Shown here: one piece after another, positions 11,990 through 23,048 of the stretch
Position numbering within the stretch: position 1 is the first letter of the stretch
How the letters are laid out: the number at the start of each line of letters is the position of its first letter
Assembly: GCA_001938485.1 (NCBI GenBank)
Contig: MQRK01228214.1
Location: forward strand, 1-51,430
Direction of reading: 5' to 3'
Length of the DNA: 51,430 nt
Source: Girardia tigrina
Taxonomy: Eukaryota
Position numbers and translations under genes: made by a program
Notes under the pieces: generated by a model
Told to the model about the DNA's origin: nothing
Databases searched by the model: none
Seen by the model: the letters and a program-made list of their open reading frames with translations, nothing else

Positions 11990-12650
11990 TATTGGGTTTA
12001 AACCAGAGTTCTCGCTCTACTTTTATCAACAATGTTTTACAACAATAGACATGTCAATCATCAACGTAATCACCGCTATTTGATTACATCTTCTTCCAAC
12101 GATAGATGGATAACGGAAGCAAAACATTAAACTAGTTTGCTTTTGAAGAATTATTCATTTGTAATTGTCGATTCATTGATAAATACGAACGTCTTAGCGA
12201 ATCAAAACGTTTTGCAGTGTCTGGAGTAAAGGATAACCTGTTAGTGGCAAGTCGGACAAGTACGGTTCGTGAGAGACAACTTCCCACTTTAATTCCAGAT
12301 ATTTTTCACATGTGAGATTTTCGGGGTTGCGATGAAGATATAGGACATCAGTCAATTTTTATTATGTTTGTGCAATCGCGTTTACCACACATTGCAGTTG
12401 TTGATGGAATAATTGAGACTTGATGAGCTGATTGTATTATAATATTTTTCATTGAATCACGTCCGGTAGACATAATCTCACAAGGCATAAACCAAGAGCT
12501 TCTTTTAATGCAAATTGACTTTTTCCTGAGATTGTGCAGTCGTACCATTGTTTAACAGGTTCTTTTGACTGACATATTCGAGTTCATATACCATTTATCA
12601 TCTACAGTTAACATTTTATTCAAGCAAGAACTGAGTGCGAAAAATATTAC
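11990..12650 (-). mobile_element. Decayed mariner, 3' half
   Basis: Minus-strand pieces LTVDDKW, LKWEVVSHEPYLSDL and SGDYVDD*. TIR-like TA-TTGGGTTT near 11990. Confidence 0.7.
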
Positions 12651-12659
12651 TAACTTTGA

Positions 12660-13641
12660 AATCCTCTATCTTCAAAACCGTATTTTTGATTGAAAAAATA
12701 CCGACTATTTAGAAAAATGTGTTTAATTCAAAATAATTTTAGTGAGCTAAGAATGATCATTTTTTTTAATAAATTCTGCGAGCTTTTCCAGAATGTCTGT
12801 CATTAGACTTGCAATTGTAATTTCTGTCACGTTTTTGCCTGTATTATTCCACTTGTTCCGAAAATCTGCAATTGTCTGTGCCCTCTTATTTGTCGTCTTT
12901 AATTCCTTTTTACCAGGGCCCAATATATTTCGATTGGGCGACGCTCTGACAATTTGGTGGGAGAAGCGCAACTCTGATTTTTCGAAATATCTTTCAAAGG
13001 TGTCTTATCACCTGTTTCCTTTATTATTTTTTTCTAGAAAAAATTTAGAATAATCATTCTACTTTAACAAAGAACTTAGTTTATTAAAAATTTCTACAAA
13101 TTTAAGAAGAGTTGAAAACGATGACCAAGAACGATAAATTAATTATCTAATAATGTTTCTTTTATGCTTAATAAAAACTGTCCAGTGATATATATAAACC
13201 TGTATCAGTTTGCCTCCTATAAATTCCTGTCTCATAAGTAATAAATTTACTCTCAACAATAAGATCCAGCAAAGATAAGACTACATTTGTTTCATTTTCA
13301 AATGTAAAAGCAACATTCGGCTCTAACGAATTCATAAAATTTAAAAATATAAGTAGATCGACCTGATTTTTCAAAACTAAAAATATATCATCAGCATATC
13401 TTTTATATACTAAAGGTTGATTCCCATCAAACAATTTTATTTTTTTCCTATCTTTGAAAGAAAAACAGAAGCTAATGTTGGTGCTAACGTTGAGTCCATG
13501 GCATATTTATTGTTTTACTTTTTACCGGATTTACATAAATGTATATTAAAAACATTCGCAATTCATATGGTTGAATGGACTGAAATCGCACTCCTCACTT
13601 GGAAGTGTCTAGAAACGCTCATGATATTCAATGATAACTTA
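12660..13641 (-). mobile_element. Penelope-like retroelement RT remnant (downstream part)
   Basis: AMDSTLAPTLASVF (the MGSPLSP motif), YKRYADDIF, FTFENE...LSLLDL and IYRRQTDTGLY, with frameshifts. Confidence 0.8.
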
Positions 13642-13935
13642 GAGTACGCGACTTTTTGGCACCGGATTTTTTATTTAATAAAATTGGGAACCGGTCTTTT
13701 TGGCGCAGAATTTTTTTGATTTTATTGAAAGAATTTAAAGATATATAAGATATAAGAATTTTTTATTGATTTTTTTTAATTAAATTATATGGTATTGCAT
13801 TTCTGTATTACACCCCTTGCATTTCTATATTACACACAAAAAAAATAACAAAATTATACAAATTCGTTTATTATATAAAATCTAGTCATGCCTTGCTTTC
13901 TCAACCCATCTGAGCATAGTATCATAAAATCCTAG

Positions 13936-14859
13936 TCACGGAGCTCTAAAATCACTCATAAGAACAGAGTCAAGATGAACTTCGACAGTATTAGTGGGGT
14001 TATGTATACCATTAAAACGGGTTTTAATCATCGAAAAAAACTCCTCGATCGGATTCAGTTGAGGAGAGTAGGGAGGAAGGTACATATACGTAATACCTAA
14101 TTCCTCTAACTTGGCGATAGTTATTCGCGCATGGTGAAACCTCACGTTGTCCATGATTAGAATCCTCTCCGCGTTAGTCCTAAAGTAGGCAGCTAGGTGA
14201 CTCTCGAGGAATTCATTAAAAAACTCAGAGTTATAAGCACCCCGACACTTTTCATACGCGACCAGTCCTTCATAAGAGATAACACAGAGGCAGCTGAAGT
14301 TTGTGCCTCTGTTTGCAGGAACCTGTCTGTATACTTTAACGTTCTTGGCTGAATATCCATAATAACGCGATGTATGGCTATTGAATCCTGTCTCATCCAA
14401 AAAAACGAGGTTCTCAGGGCTGTATTGCGAAATAGCACTTGCATATATAGACCTCTTATCAATTTTATCTTGGGAATTACGTTCCTCATGGATTAAAGAA
14501 AGTCTTTTCCTTGTAATGCCAAGCTTCTTTAACTTTCTACAGATTGTAGAATTAGATTTCTTTAAACCAAGTCTAGTATACAATTCTTCACTTATTTCCG
14601 TCAGAGTCAGGACGTTGTGACAAGCAACGATATTTCTGACAACTTGGTCATCAAGACGTGGGGAAGGAGCTGGAACGGAATTAGAAGAAGTAATTACCGG
14701 GTGTGGGTTATTTGAACCCCGGATAACCGATGCCACCGTCCTGACGTTTATATCGACCATTAACGAAATTCTTTTCATAGTCATGGATTCGTCTTGTGAT
14801 AATCGAATTATTAAATCCTTCTTTTCCTCTGTAATCGTTTTCCTTTCTTTTCTTACCAT
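13936..14859 (-). CDS. IS630-like DD34E transposase (true start ATG 14859; TGA 13936 probably premature)
   Basis: MVRKERK, HTH region, VFLDETGF, IMDNVRFH, LPPYSPQLNPIE (34 residues between D and E). The frame continues LGFYDTMLRWVEKARHD past the TGA. Confidence 0.85.
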   Translation of the reverse strand: MVRKERKTITEEKKDLIIRLSQDESMTMKRISLMVDINVRTVASVIRGSNNPHPVITSSNSVPAPSPRLDDQVVRNIVACHNVLTLTEISEELYTRLGLKKSNSTICRKLKKLGITRKRLSLIHEERNSQDKIDKRSIYASAISQYSPENLVFLDETGFNSHTSRYYGYSAKNVKVYRQVPANRGTNFSCLCVISYEGLVAYEKCRGAYNSEFFNEFLESHLAAYFRTNAERILIMDNVRFHHARITIAKLEELGITYMYLPPYSPQLNPIEEFFSMIKTRFNGIHNPTNTVEVHLDSVLMSDFRAP

Positions 14860-14896
14860 GGTATTTGGGGTAAATAAAAAAAATATTTTCAATTTT

Positions 14897-15006
14897 TGTG
14901 TGTAATATAGAAATGCAATGTGTGTAATATAGAAATGCAATGTGTGTAATATAGAAATGCAATGTGTGTAATATAGAAATGCAATGTGTGTAATATAGAA
15001 ATGCAA
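14897..15006. repeat. 5 x 22-bp perfect tandem repeat in the TIR of the IS630-like element
   Basis: TGTGTGTAATATAGAAATGCAA x5. Two inverted copies lie at 13795-13838. Confidence 0.95.
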
Positions 15007-15637
15007 TACCCTGTAATTAAATATGAAATCTTTAAAAAATAAAGAAAATTCATTTTTGAAATAATTTAATTATTTCTTATAAATATTGTAATATAAGTAT
15101 AATTTTTGTAAGTTTTGTGAGATATATTTAACAAAAATTATGGGAATTAATAATTAACTTTATAACTAACTGTTTAAATAATAAATAACTGTTTATAACT
15201 AAAAATTCTATTAATTTCTGAAGAATTATTGTGTTGTTTAAAGATATTTATAGCTGTAACTTTGGATGTTGAATTTTTATTTTATTATAATGACTAAAAA
15301 TTTATTACTTATTTATATATTTTATTATAAAAAAGTTTAGAATAATAATAAATAATTTAAAATATATTATTTTTGATGTAAGCAAATTTATAATGGCTTT
15401 AACAGTTATTTTTTTAAAAAAATTCAGAGTCAAAATATATTCTTTATATATATCTTATTTAAAATCTTTCAAAAAAATTGAAATATTCTGCACCAAAAAA
15501 ATAAATTCTTTAAATTCTTCCAAAAAAGAATTTTAAAAATTCTACACCAAAAAACAGGTGCCAAAAAGACCGGTTCCCAATTTTATTAAATAAAAAAAAT
15601 TAAATAAAAAAATTCGGCGCCAAAAAGTCCTGATTCC

Positions 15638-15900
15638 GATAAATTATATTAGAAATATTGTGTAATCTAAATGGCTTATTTTCAAAGCGTCATAATGTAA
15701 CTATGTGAAGAATAAACTATGTCTAATCGTTGCCATTGACTTATCTTTGAAAAGTCTTCTTTCTTAAGTTGATTTGATTGTGAATGTACGGACTTTTGCC
15801 TTCATTTTCAGTGCAGTGGTAATAAATATTCGATAAAAAATGACTAACAGAAGATCAACAGTCGACCTACAGGACACGAACTCTTAGAAATGAGAGACTT
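15638..15900 (-). mobile_element. Penelope-like RT remnant (upstream part, split off by the Mutator insertion)
   Basis: Highly decayed pieces resembling P.RPIISS, TIKST and D..SLFT, in the expected order upstream of the 13641 segment. Confidence 0.5.
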
Positions 15901-15999
15901 TTTAATTTGACAAGAAATATTTTAATTTATTGGCATAATTATACGTATAATAACGAACAACAACAACGAAAGGAATGATTATAAATCCAACAATTTCAG

Positions 16000-16081
16000 A
16001 TTGATCAGAGATGCCGACAGGAAGACTCACGACAAATTGCGACTGTTGGTGGAGTCAGGAGTCCTCGGTGTTCAGCAATAA
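16000..16081 (+). CDS. STI1-repeat domain protein, exon 5 of 5
   Basis: Acceptor TTTCAG 15999. CG+A gives Arg, then LIRDADRKTHDKLRLLVESGVLGVQQ*, a typical STI1 C-terminus. Exons sum to 780 nt (259 aa plus stop). Confidence 0.8.
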
Positions 16082-16149
16082 TGACAATTATTGTTAACTC
16101 TAATGTTAATTAATGTTAAATGTTTTCTCTCCGAAAGAACCGTATTTTA

Positions 16150-16234
16150 TCAATTGATTAAATTGGTTTTGATCCGTTCAATTTGTTCATCTTTCAAACC
16201 ACAGTGTTTCAAGTAACCCTCTGCGTTTCCATAT
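16150..16234 (-). CDS. Y_phosphatase3/IphP-like phosphatase A, exon 3 of 3
   Basis: Acceptor TTTCATTAG, then (K)YGNAEGYLKHCGLKDEQIERIKTNLIN*. Confidence 0.85.
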
Positions 16235-16452
16235 CTAATGAAAAATTTAATTATTATTCAATTCTTGAATGATTTGTTTTTTCTATTTCTATTTTTAATC
16301 GATATTTAATGAAAGAAAAATAAAATATTATTGTAAAATTTACGTTTTATTTATTCTTATACACTCGTATTCTTATAGGTCATTGAACCTCTTCATTTGC
16401 TGAGTTTTCTGAAGTGAAAACTATAATTTACTCTTGTGACCGTTGGATATTA

Positions 16453-17150
16453 CTAGGCTGTCCCTAAAGTTCTCGTAGTTACGGAAAATTCTATTTTTTC
16501 AATAAATTACTTGTTTAAAGAACTATTTTATACAAGTACAGTCTATGATTTTCCACCACTTTCTGCTATTAATCTATAAGCAACCGGATGGGTTTAAGGT
16601 ACCACTGTGACATCTTCAAATCAAAGAACCGTTGACACACTTCTGAAACTTCATCGAATGATTCAATTTGACGACTTTTCAAAAGCTGCATCAATCGGAA
16701 GACAATGGAGCAACATCTGTGATGAATGCTAGATGCAACAACACTTCGACATTGTAGCACTCCTCAAACTTCACTTTAGTTCTTTTAGTAGTGAGTGGTT
16801 TGGCATTATCCTGCTGAAAAAAAACGCATTTTTTGTAAATTAAGATGTGATACATCTCAACCGAGTTTTCGTGCACGCGATCTGATTTCTGGTATTAGAG
16901 TTATGCATTGATAGAACGACCATTCGGGACAAGTTCAAAGTGAAAAACGCATTGAAAGTTCTACCAAACACTAATCATGACCTTCTTGGCAAATTGATCT
17001 TGACTCAGAACTTAAAACAGAACTTTGTTTGATCTTATGAAACACATTTTTTGCTTCTAATGGAATTGATCAGAAAATCCAATTTCTCGTAAGAAGTCAC
17101 AATGCGTTTCTAGAATTAGTCGTTTTTTTTAGAATTGTGAGGCATTATTT
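16453..17150 (-). mobile_element. Decayed mariner in phosphatase A intron 2
   Basis: QQDNAKP...VEVLLHLAFITDVAP (degenerate HPAYSPDLAP) and a VHFELVPNG-like segment. TA-CTAGGCTGTCCC end. Confidence 0.7.
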
Positions 17151-17249
17151 TAAATTTGCATTTCGTCAAAATAGTTCATTATTTTTTAAATTTGTAAGTT
17201 TTAAAAAAATTAAATAAATACAAAAGTTTTAAAATTAAAAATGATATAA

Positions 17250-17945
17250 AGAAAAATTTAATAGATTGATTTTGGCGAAATTTATGAATTAACAAGAAAT
17301 TTGTTTAATTATGTGCATTATTGTCATTAATAAATTTTTGGTGTTAAATTATGAACCTTGAATCTAGTTCTAGTGAAAGTGACAAAAACTAAACTTACAG
17401 TAATGTTCAGCAGTTTATGGAAAACTCTTTTTTCAGCTTTGGCGTCGGTGAGTCAACCAGAACAAGTCTCATCCTTAAGATTTATGTCACTAAACTCAAA
17501 CCGTATATACCATCTTCAAACTGCATTGTGACTCCAAGTTACATCACCTTCTGTTTTAAAAATCTCCTTTTAGTATCTTTTATTGAAAGATTTCGTTTTC
17601 AAACATAGCAAATCAAAACGCAAAGTTCGAATTTATCAATTGTGGTTTAGTGCAGTCTCAAAGTTGCCATAGAGACTGACCTGTGGTAGCAGAGTCATGT
17701 TATTTTTTCGTTTTGTGCTGAGTTCATTTGTGAGATAATTGGTTGTCCATTCATATTTTTATTTATTTTTAAATCGTTAAAAATAATTCAAATCGTTTTA
17801 TAATAAAAGTAGCTTTTATACCACTTTCACTATCACTAGAATCAAGATTCATAATTTAACATCAAAATTTTATTAATGACAATAATTCACATATTTAAAC
17901 AAATTTCTTGTTAATTCAATTTTTTCGCCGAAATTAATCTGTTAG
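17250..17945. mobile_element. ~130-bp inverted repeats enclosing a piggyBac-like transposase remnant
   Basis: 17250-17390 is approximately the reverse complement of 17820-17945. The interior reads YIPSSNCIV...LLVSFIERFRFQT, resembling piggyBac YxP..TVDE.L..F.GR..F.QY. Confidence 0.5.
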
Positions 17946-18159
17946 GTTGGGAATTATCTTCCATTCTAAATCAAAAAGAAATTAAGACTTGCAATTTTTT
18001 TTATTAATCTACAAAAGGTTAAATTTGTTATTTAAACAAATTTTCATTTTTTTATTTTCTTTTTTTAATTCCATTTTCTATTATTTTTTTTTAATTTCGA
18101 TTATAATTCGAAATTTTTAAAAACCAAAATTCTTATTTCCGAAAATTAAAAAATTAACA

Positions 18160-18696
18160 ACAACACTCTCTTACACCCCCGCACGCAAGAATTTTTTAAT
18201 TTTCTCCACATTTCTTTCACATGTTTTACCAGACATATCTTCAAGAACTAGCATATCTTCTAGCATGTACTTTTCGAATGACTCTTTATATGGCCCGTCG
18301 TATCTCCCTTGATCTTTTGTTCTAGATTCTACTTTTACCAATACATCATCTCCTGGGAAGTATTTTCTTCGCGTGATAGGCTCCTGGTATTTTTTGATCC
18401 CATTTCTCCCTGCTAATGCGTCTTCCAGAAATGATTTCAGCTGGACTCATCCAAATTGTCGTCTGTAATGTGGCATTTAATGAGAACTCGATCTCCGGTA
18501 GAATCTCTGCCCAGTCTGAACTTCTTCTTTCATGCAATGTTGCATTTATCAATTCTCTCACTGTACGGAATTGTCGTTCAATTTGTCCGTTTGTGTTATG
18601 ATGATATGGGCTGGAGAATCTAATTTCGAAATTATGTTTCTCTGCAAAGTCTTTCATCTTTTTTGATTCAAAAACTTTACCGCAATCCACATTCAT
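18160..18696 (-). mobile_element. Ty3/gypsy integrase 3' fragment with PPT and LTR start
   Basis: VDCGKVF...FSSPYHHNTNGQIERQFRT...SPAE, then RYDGPY. GCGGGGG PPT followed by TGTAAG. Confidence 0.8.
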
Positions 18697-19191
18697 TCAT
18701 CCACTCATTCAATCCACCTTGGTCGACAGAGATGTGGGTACTCATCAACTGATATCAGAAGTGGTATTTCGATATATAAATATTAGTATTATTTTTGGTC
18801 ACTTATATGAACAGTCTTATATGAACTTGAAAATAAATATTAAAAATAGTATTCATTGTTTAACGGAGATTAAATAATCTTTATTCTAAATGGTAGTTAG
18901 ATTTTTTATGGGTTCATAATTCCAGATTGTGACTTTCATCTTGCAGGTAAGTCTTTATGAGTTCAATGAAAAGTCTTAGCTCTGCTGCTTTCTTTACAGA
19001 TAAAGTACTGGAAATTTGTGAATCAGACTGCTGACCTTGCAGAATGTGCAGAACTTTTAAATTCCCACAAATGTTCTATTATTACTTTTGTGTACCTTAC
19101 TTATCAAGAAGACTTGACAAGTATTACTTGACTTCGTTTATATAAAAGGAAATATTTGAAAAATAATGATATTATATATTATAAAACAAAC

Positions 19192-19313
19192 TTCTCTTTG
19201 ATATGAAACATCACTTTTATTATTGCTTCAGCAGGTGCACCACAAAATTTTTTACCGACCCCTTTCATAATGAAGAATTTTTCAATCTCATTGTCTAGTA
19301 TCTTCAAATTTTC
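19192..19313 (-). CDS. Y_phosphatase3/IphP-like phosphatase A, exon 2 of 3
   Basis: 122 nt, phase 0 to 2, ENLKILDNEIEKFFIMKGVGKKFCGAPAEAIIKVMFHIKEK. Same size and phases as exon 2 of paralog B. Confidence 0.85.
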
Positions 19314-20756
19314 CTTAAAATCAGAAACATAATTTACAATATATTCAAATTGTAGAAATTTAAAATTAAATTTAGTGAAATAATTTATTTGGTGCTCTAA
19401 ATAAGTACTCAGACTTGACTAAAAATTAGCAACCAATTTTATTCAAATTTATAACAATAAACAAGTTAAAATTAAATTTATTTAGACTTATTTTCTCAAT
19501 ATTGAGAGAGGAGCTATTAGTCCAATGAAGGATCAATCCTATTTTATTATTCACTACTGAATATTGATTAGAAAAACTAATTAAGATGTATTTTAATATT
19601 ATATCTCAGTCATAAGCGTCTCAGGCCTCCTAAATGCCTCGGACTTAATACCTTTATAGGATGTGACAATTACCGCTCATTTGGAAGAGATTAAGTGATT
19701 CTAGGATTTTAATCATATTGTTAATATAGTATTACCTTAAACTTTTGTCAGAAGCAAATGTACACAAGTTACAAATTACGAACTAATATACTTCATAAAA
19801 ATTCTCACAAATAATTTTCGATATTTTCAAAGTAAAACAAGTTAAGTATTCTTGAGTAAAATTTTATAAGTAGTTCTCATTATTGAATGAGAGCAGTGTT
19901 ATTTGAGCAGTTTGACTTCATCAATTCAAGTTTACAACAAGTTAAAACCGTTTTTGAAAATAGTAGTTTCACAAAGATTTAATAAAATATGACTGAAATC
20001 CTTATAGTTATTTCAGGTTATTTTATTAAATTAACCAAAGGAATAAGAATTAAAATTGATCTTAAGTATTAAAATAAGGATGTAAAAAACCGTTTTTTTT
20101 TCATTTAAAAAAACAAGCAAAAATCCTTTGTTTTTTTCTCTTTTTTTCATTTTTTAGGTTTTTTTCAGAAAATAACATCAAACTGTTTGGTCCATACATA
20201 TTTTATGTTTTTAATATAAGATACTTTTGGAAGATAATTCTAAAGATAATTATATAACAATAAAACGTAAAAATATTGAATAACCCTGAGGGGTTAGAAT
20301 TAAAATTTAAAAGCTTTGCAGTAAAGAAGAATTATTTTTTTTCAAATAAAAAATAATAAAATCAAACATTTTTTAAGAAAAATACAAATTATATCTTATA
20401 TGTTATTCCTTTTGTCTATTATTTGATGTAATTTCTTCTGGGTTACAATATTGGTCATTTGACCATAATCCTAATTAAGTGGGAAATTGAACGCCAAGGG
20501 TTAAAATATCTCATTTTGAAGAACTTTTTAACTTTGAAAATACAATATTAAAAGCAGCTAATGATTAATTAATTCATAAAATTATTTTTGAGATGAATAT
20601 TTTCGAATGGTGTTTATTGTATGTTATGTTTGATATGTTGTTTTTAGGATTGTGTTTTTCCCATCCAGGTGGAAGATTGATATTTTGAATGTTTGAACTG
20701 TCGGATTATTCGAAAAATTTTTAAATGTAAATAACAACTTTAAAATTAAATTAATA

Positions 20757-21982
20757 TTAGGTTGGGGAAAAAGTAATCCATTATTTATCGATCAAATGAT
20801 TTCAAATTTAGGTTCTTTGTCAAGGTAACATTTCACAGTAATTTTACAAATTTTTTTTTGCTTTTTTTATTCAGTTCTGAGTTACAGGGTGTTAAAAATG
20901 GAAGTCAACAAAGAAAATATTCCGTACATTTTACAGTTTGTATTCGCATAAAGGCGAAAATGCAAACCAGGCGGCTGCTATTTTGAATGGTGTTTATGGT
21001 GCCAATACTGTAACAGCTAATTACACGCAATTTTGGTTTCGTCGATTCCGTGGAGGCATTTTTGATGTTAAAGATGCACCCCGCACAGGCAGGCCTATCG
21101 TTGAAAATATCGATAAAATCTCGGCAATGATCGAAGTTGACCGGCATGCTAGTAGTCGTAGCATCGCATAGGAGCTGAAGATCGACCACAAAACGGTTTT
21201 AAATCATTTGGGCAAAGTAGGATTCAAAAAGAAACTTGATGTTTGAGTTCCACACCAATTAACACCAAAAAACATGATGGATCGAATCTGTGAAGCCTTG
21301 GCCAAACGAAATGATATCGACCCATTTCTTAAACAGATGATTACTGGGGATGAGAAATGGGTCACATATGACAATATTGTACGAAAACGATCGTGGTCAA
21401 AGCACGGTGAAGCACCTCAAACGGTCACCAAATCAGGACTAACGGCCAGGAAGGTTCTACTATGTATTTGGTGGGATTGGAAAGGAACCATTTATTATGA
21501 GTTGCTTCCGTATGGCCAAACACTAAATTCAGATCTGTACTGTCAACAACTGGACCGTTTGATGAGAAACAACCAGAATTGACAAACAGAAGAGGTGTTG
21601 TGTTCCATCATGACAACGCCAGACCACATATGTCTGTAGTGACTCGCCAGAAACTCAGGGAACTTGGTTGGGAAGTTTTAATGCATCCACCATATAGTCC
21701 GGACCTGGCACAAAGCGATTGCCACCTTTTTATCGCATTGCAAAATTTCCTGAGTGATAAGAAATTGGGATCAATAGAAGATTGTGAAAATCGATTACTA
21801 CAGTTTTTCGCCAATAAGGACCAAGACTTCTACGAGAGAGGCATTAGGAAGTTACCTTCAAAATGGCAACTAATTATACAACAAAACGGTGCATATTTGA
21901 CTCCAAGAAGACAATCCGAAACATGTTAAATAAAGTTTTGAATTTCACGCCAAAATAATGGATTTCTTTTTCCCCAACCTAA
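20757..21982 (+). mobile_element. Near full-length mariner (capitata/mellifera-like) with a pseudogenised transposase, 20898-21929
   Basis: TIR TTAGGTTGGGGAAAAAG(T/A)AATCCATTATTT with TA TSDs. MEVNKE..., TGDEKW, HDNARPH, HPPYSPDLA, ...QSETC*. One frameshift, two stops and small deletions. Confidence 0.95.
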
Positions 21983-22409
21983 TATATTTTAATCAAAAAA
22001 TTTTTAATAATTGTTTAATCAATAATTTTAAATCTATTTGACAGTGATTTCAAATATTTTAATAGTGGATTGTAATGCAAAGATTGAATTTTATTATAAA
22101 TAAAATATCTAAATGGAATTTGGATATTTTTGAAAATAATTTAAAAATATTTCAGTAAAAAATTACAAATAAAATTTGTTTGAGTTATTATACGTTTAGA
22201 AATAGAATTCAAAATTATCAATCAAGAACGGTGTCTAACAACGATATTTTTGTGGAGAATTGTCCTAGAGGCAATTGGAGTTGTGATGTCAATAAAAGCA
22301 TTGGAAATCACTTTAGTGTTATTGATAAATTCAATAAAATTAAACATTCTAATGTATTATTTTATCATAAAATTACTCATGTATTTATGTAAATAAGAGT
22401 TTGCCTTAC

Positions 22410-23048
22410 TTCACTTTTTGTGTATTCATCTACTATCATTTGATCGTCGTACCCAAGTAGATTCATTACAAGAGCTGACACGAGACCCGTTCGATCTTTA
22501 CCGAAAGTACAACTAATCAACATTGGAAAGTTTGCTTCATTCATCATCAGTAAAAATATTTCTCGAAATACATTGTGACAATCATCCAACAATGAACAAT
22601 AAAATTCACCCAAACTCATTGAACTCAGATAACACTGTCCTCCATATTCCTGGTATTTATAATCTTTGTAAAACAAATGCTGGATCAACAAAACAATGAT
22701 TCTACAAATCTGATTCAGTTTTAATCGATAGAACAATATCTTCACATGATAAAAGAAAGAGATGAATCTTATATGAAATCTGTTTCCATAGGGTTGTTGA
22801 GTTCCTTCTTTGGCTTTGAATGACTTTTCTGGTTTCCGTTGCAGGAAATAATACGGTAATTTGCTAGTTGGACAGAATTCGTTTTCTTCTCTCAAATCTA
22901 GATATGCGTTAATACCAACAGTCTCACGCAACCATCTGGCAGATTCAATGCTGCCATCATCTACTGCATTTGACCTGTATAATTTTGGATGTTTATTTTG
23001 ATCGGAAATTGGTAAGACTGGTCGAAAATTACACGGAGGTAAATTCAT
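22410..23048 (-). CDS. Y_phosphatase3/IphP-like phosphatase A, exon 1 of 3 (281 aa total)
   Basis: CNFR, LYRS, DLR..E, P-loop SCTFGKDRTG, DEY.KSE, then donor GTAAGG. Confidence 0.9.

Larger units (their letters stand above)
13788..15013 (-). mobile_element. IS630-like Tc1 superfamily element (DD34E), 1226 bp
   Basis: Ends (C/T)A(G/T)GGTATTGCATTTCT. TA TSD at 13786-13787 and 15014-15015. Inserted in the MULE element. Confidence 0.9.
13642..15637. mobile_element. Non-autonomous Mutator-like (MULE) element with long imperfect TIRs
   Basis: GACTTTTTGGC..CC / TAAAATTGGGAACCGGTCTTTTTGGC blocks are inverted at both ends. 9-bp TSD GATAACTTA (13633-13641) / GATAAATTA (15638-15646). Confidence 0.8.

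Noticed and set aside
14897-15006. CRISPR-like array
   Set aside because: The 22-mers are head-to-tail with no spacers and form part of a transposon TIR in eukaryotic DNA.
14860-15006. First 49 aa of the 356-aa ORF
   Set aside because: This is translation through the tandem repeat and leader from a TTG; the real start is ATG 14859.
13642-15637. Fanzor/TnpB cargo near the IS630-like transposase
   Set aside because: There is no room inside the 1226-bp element and no RuvC or zinc-finger ORF in the flanks.
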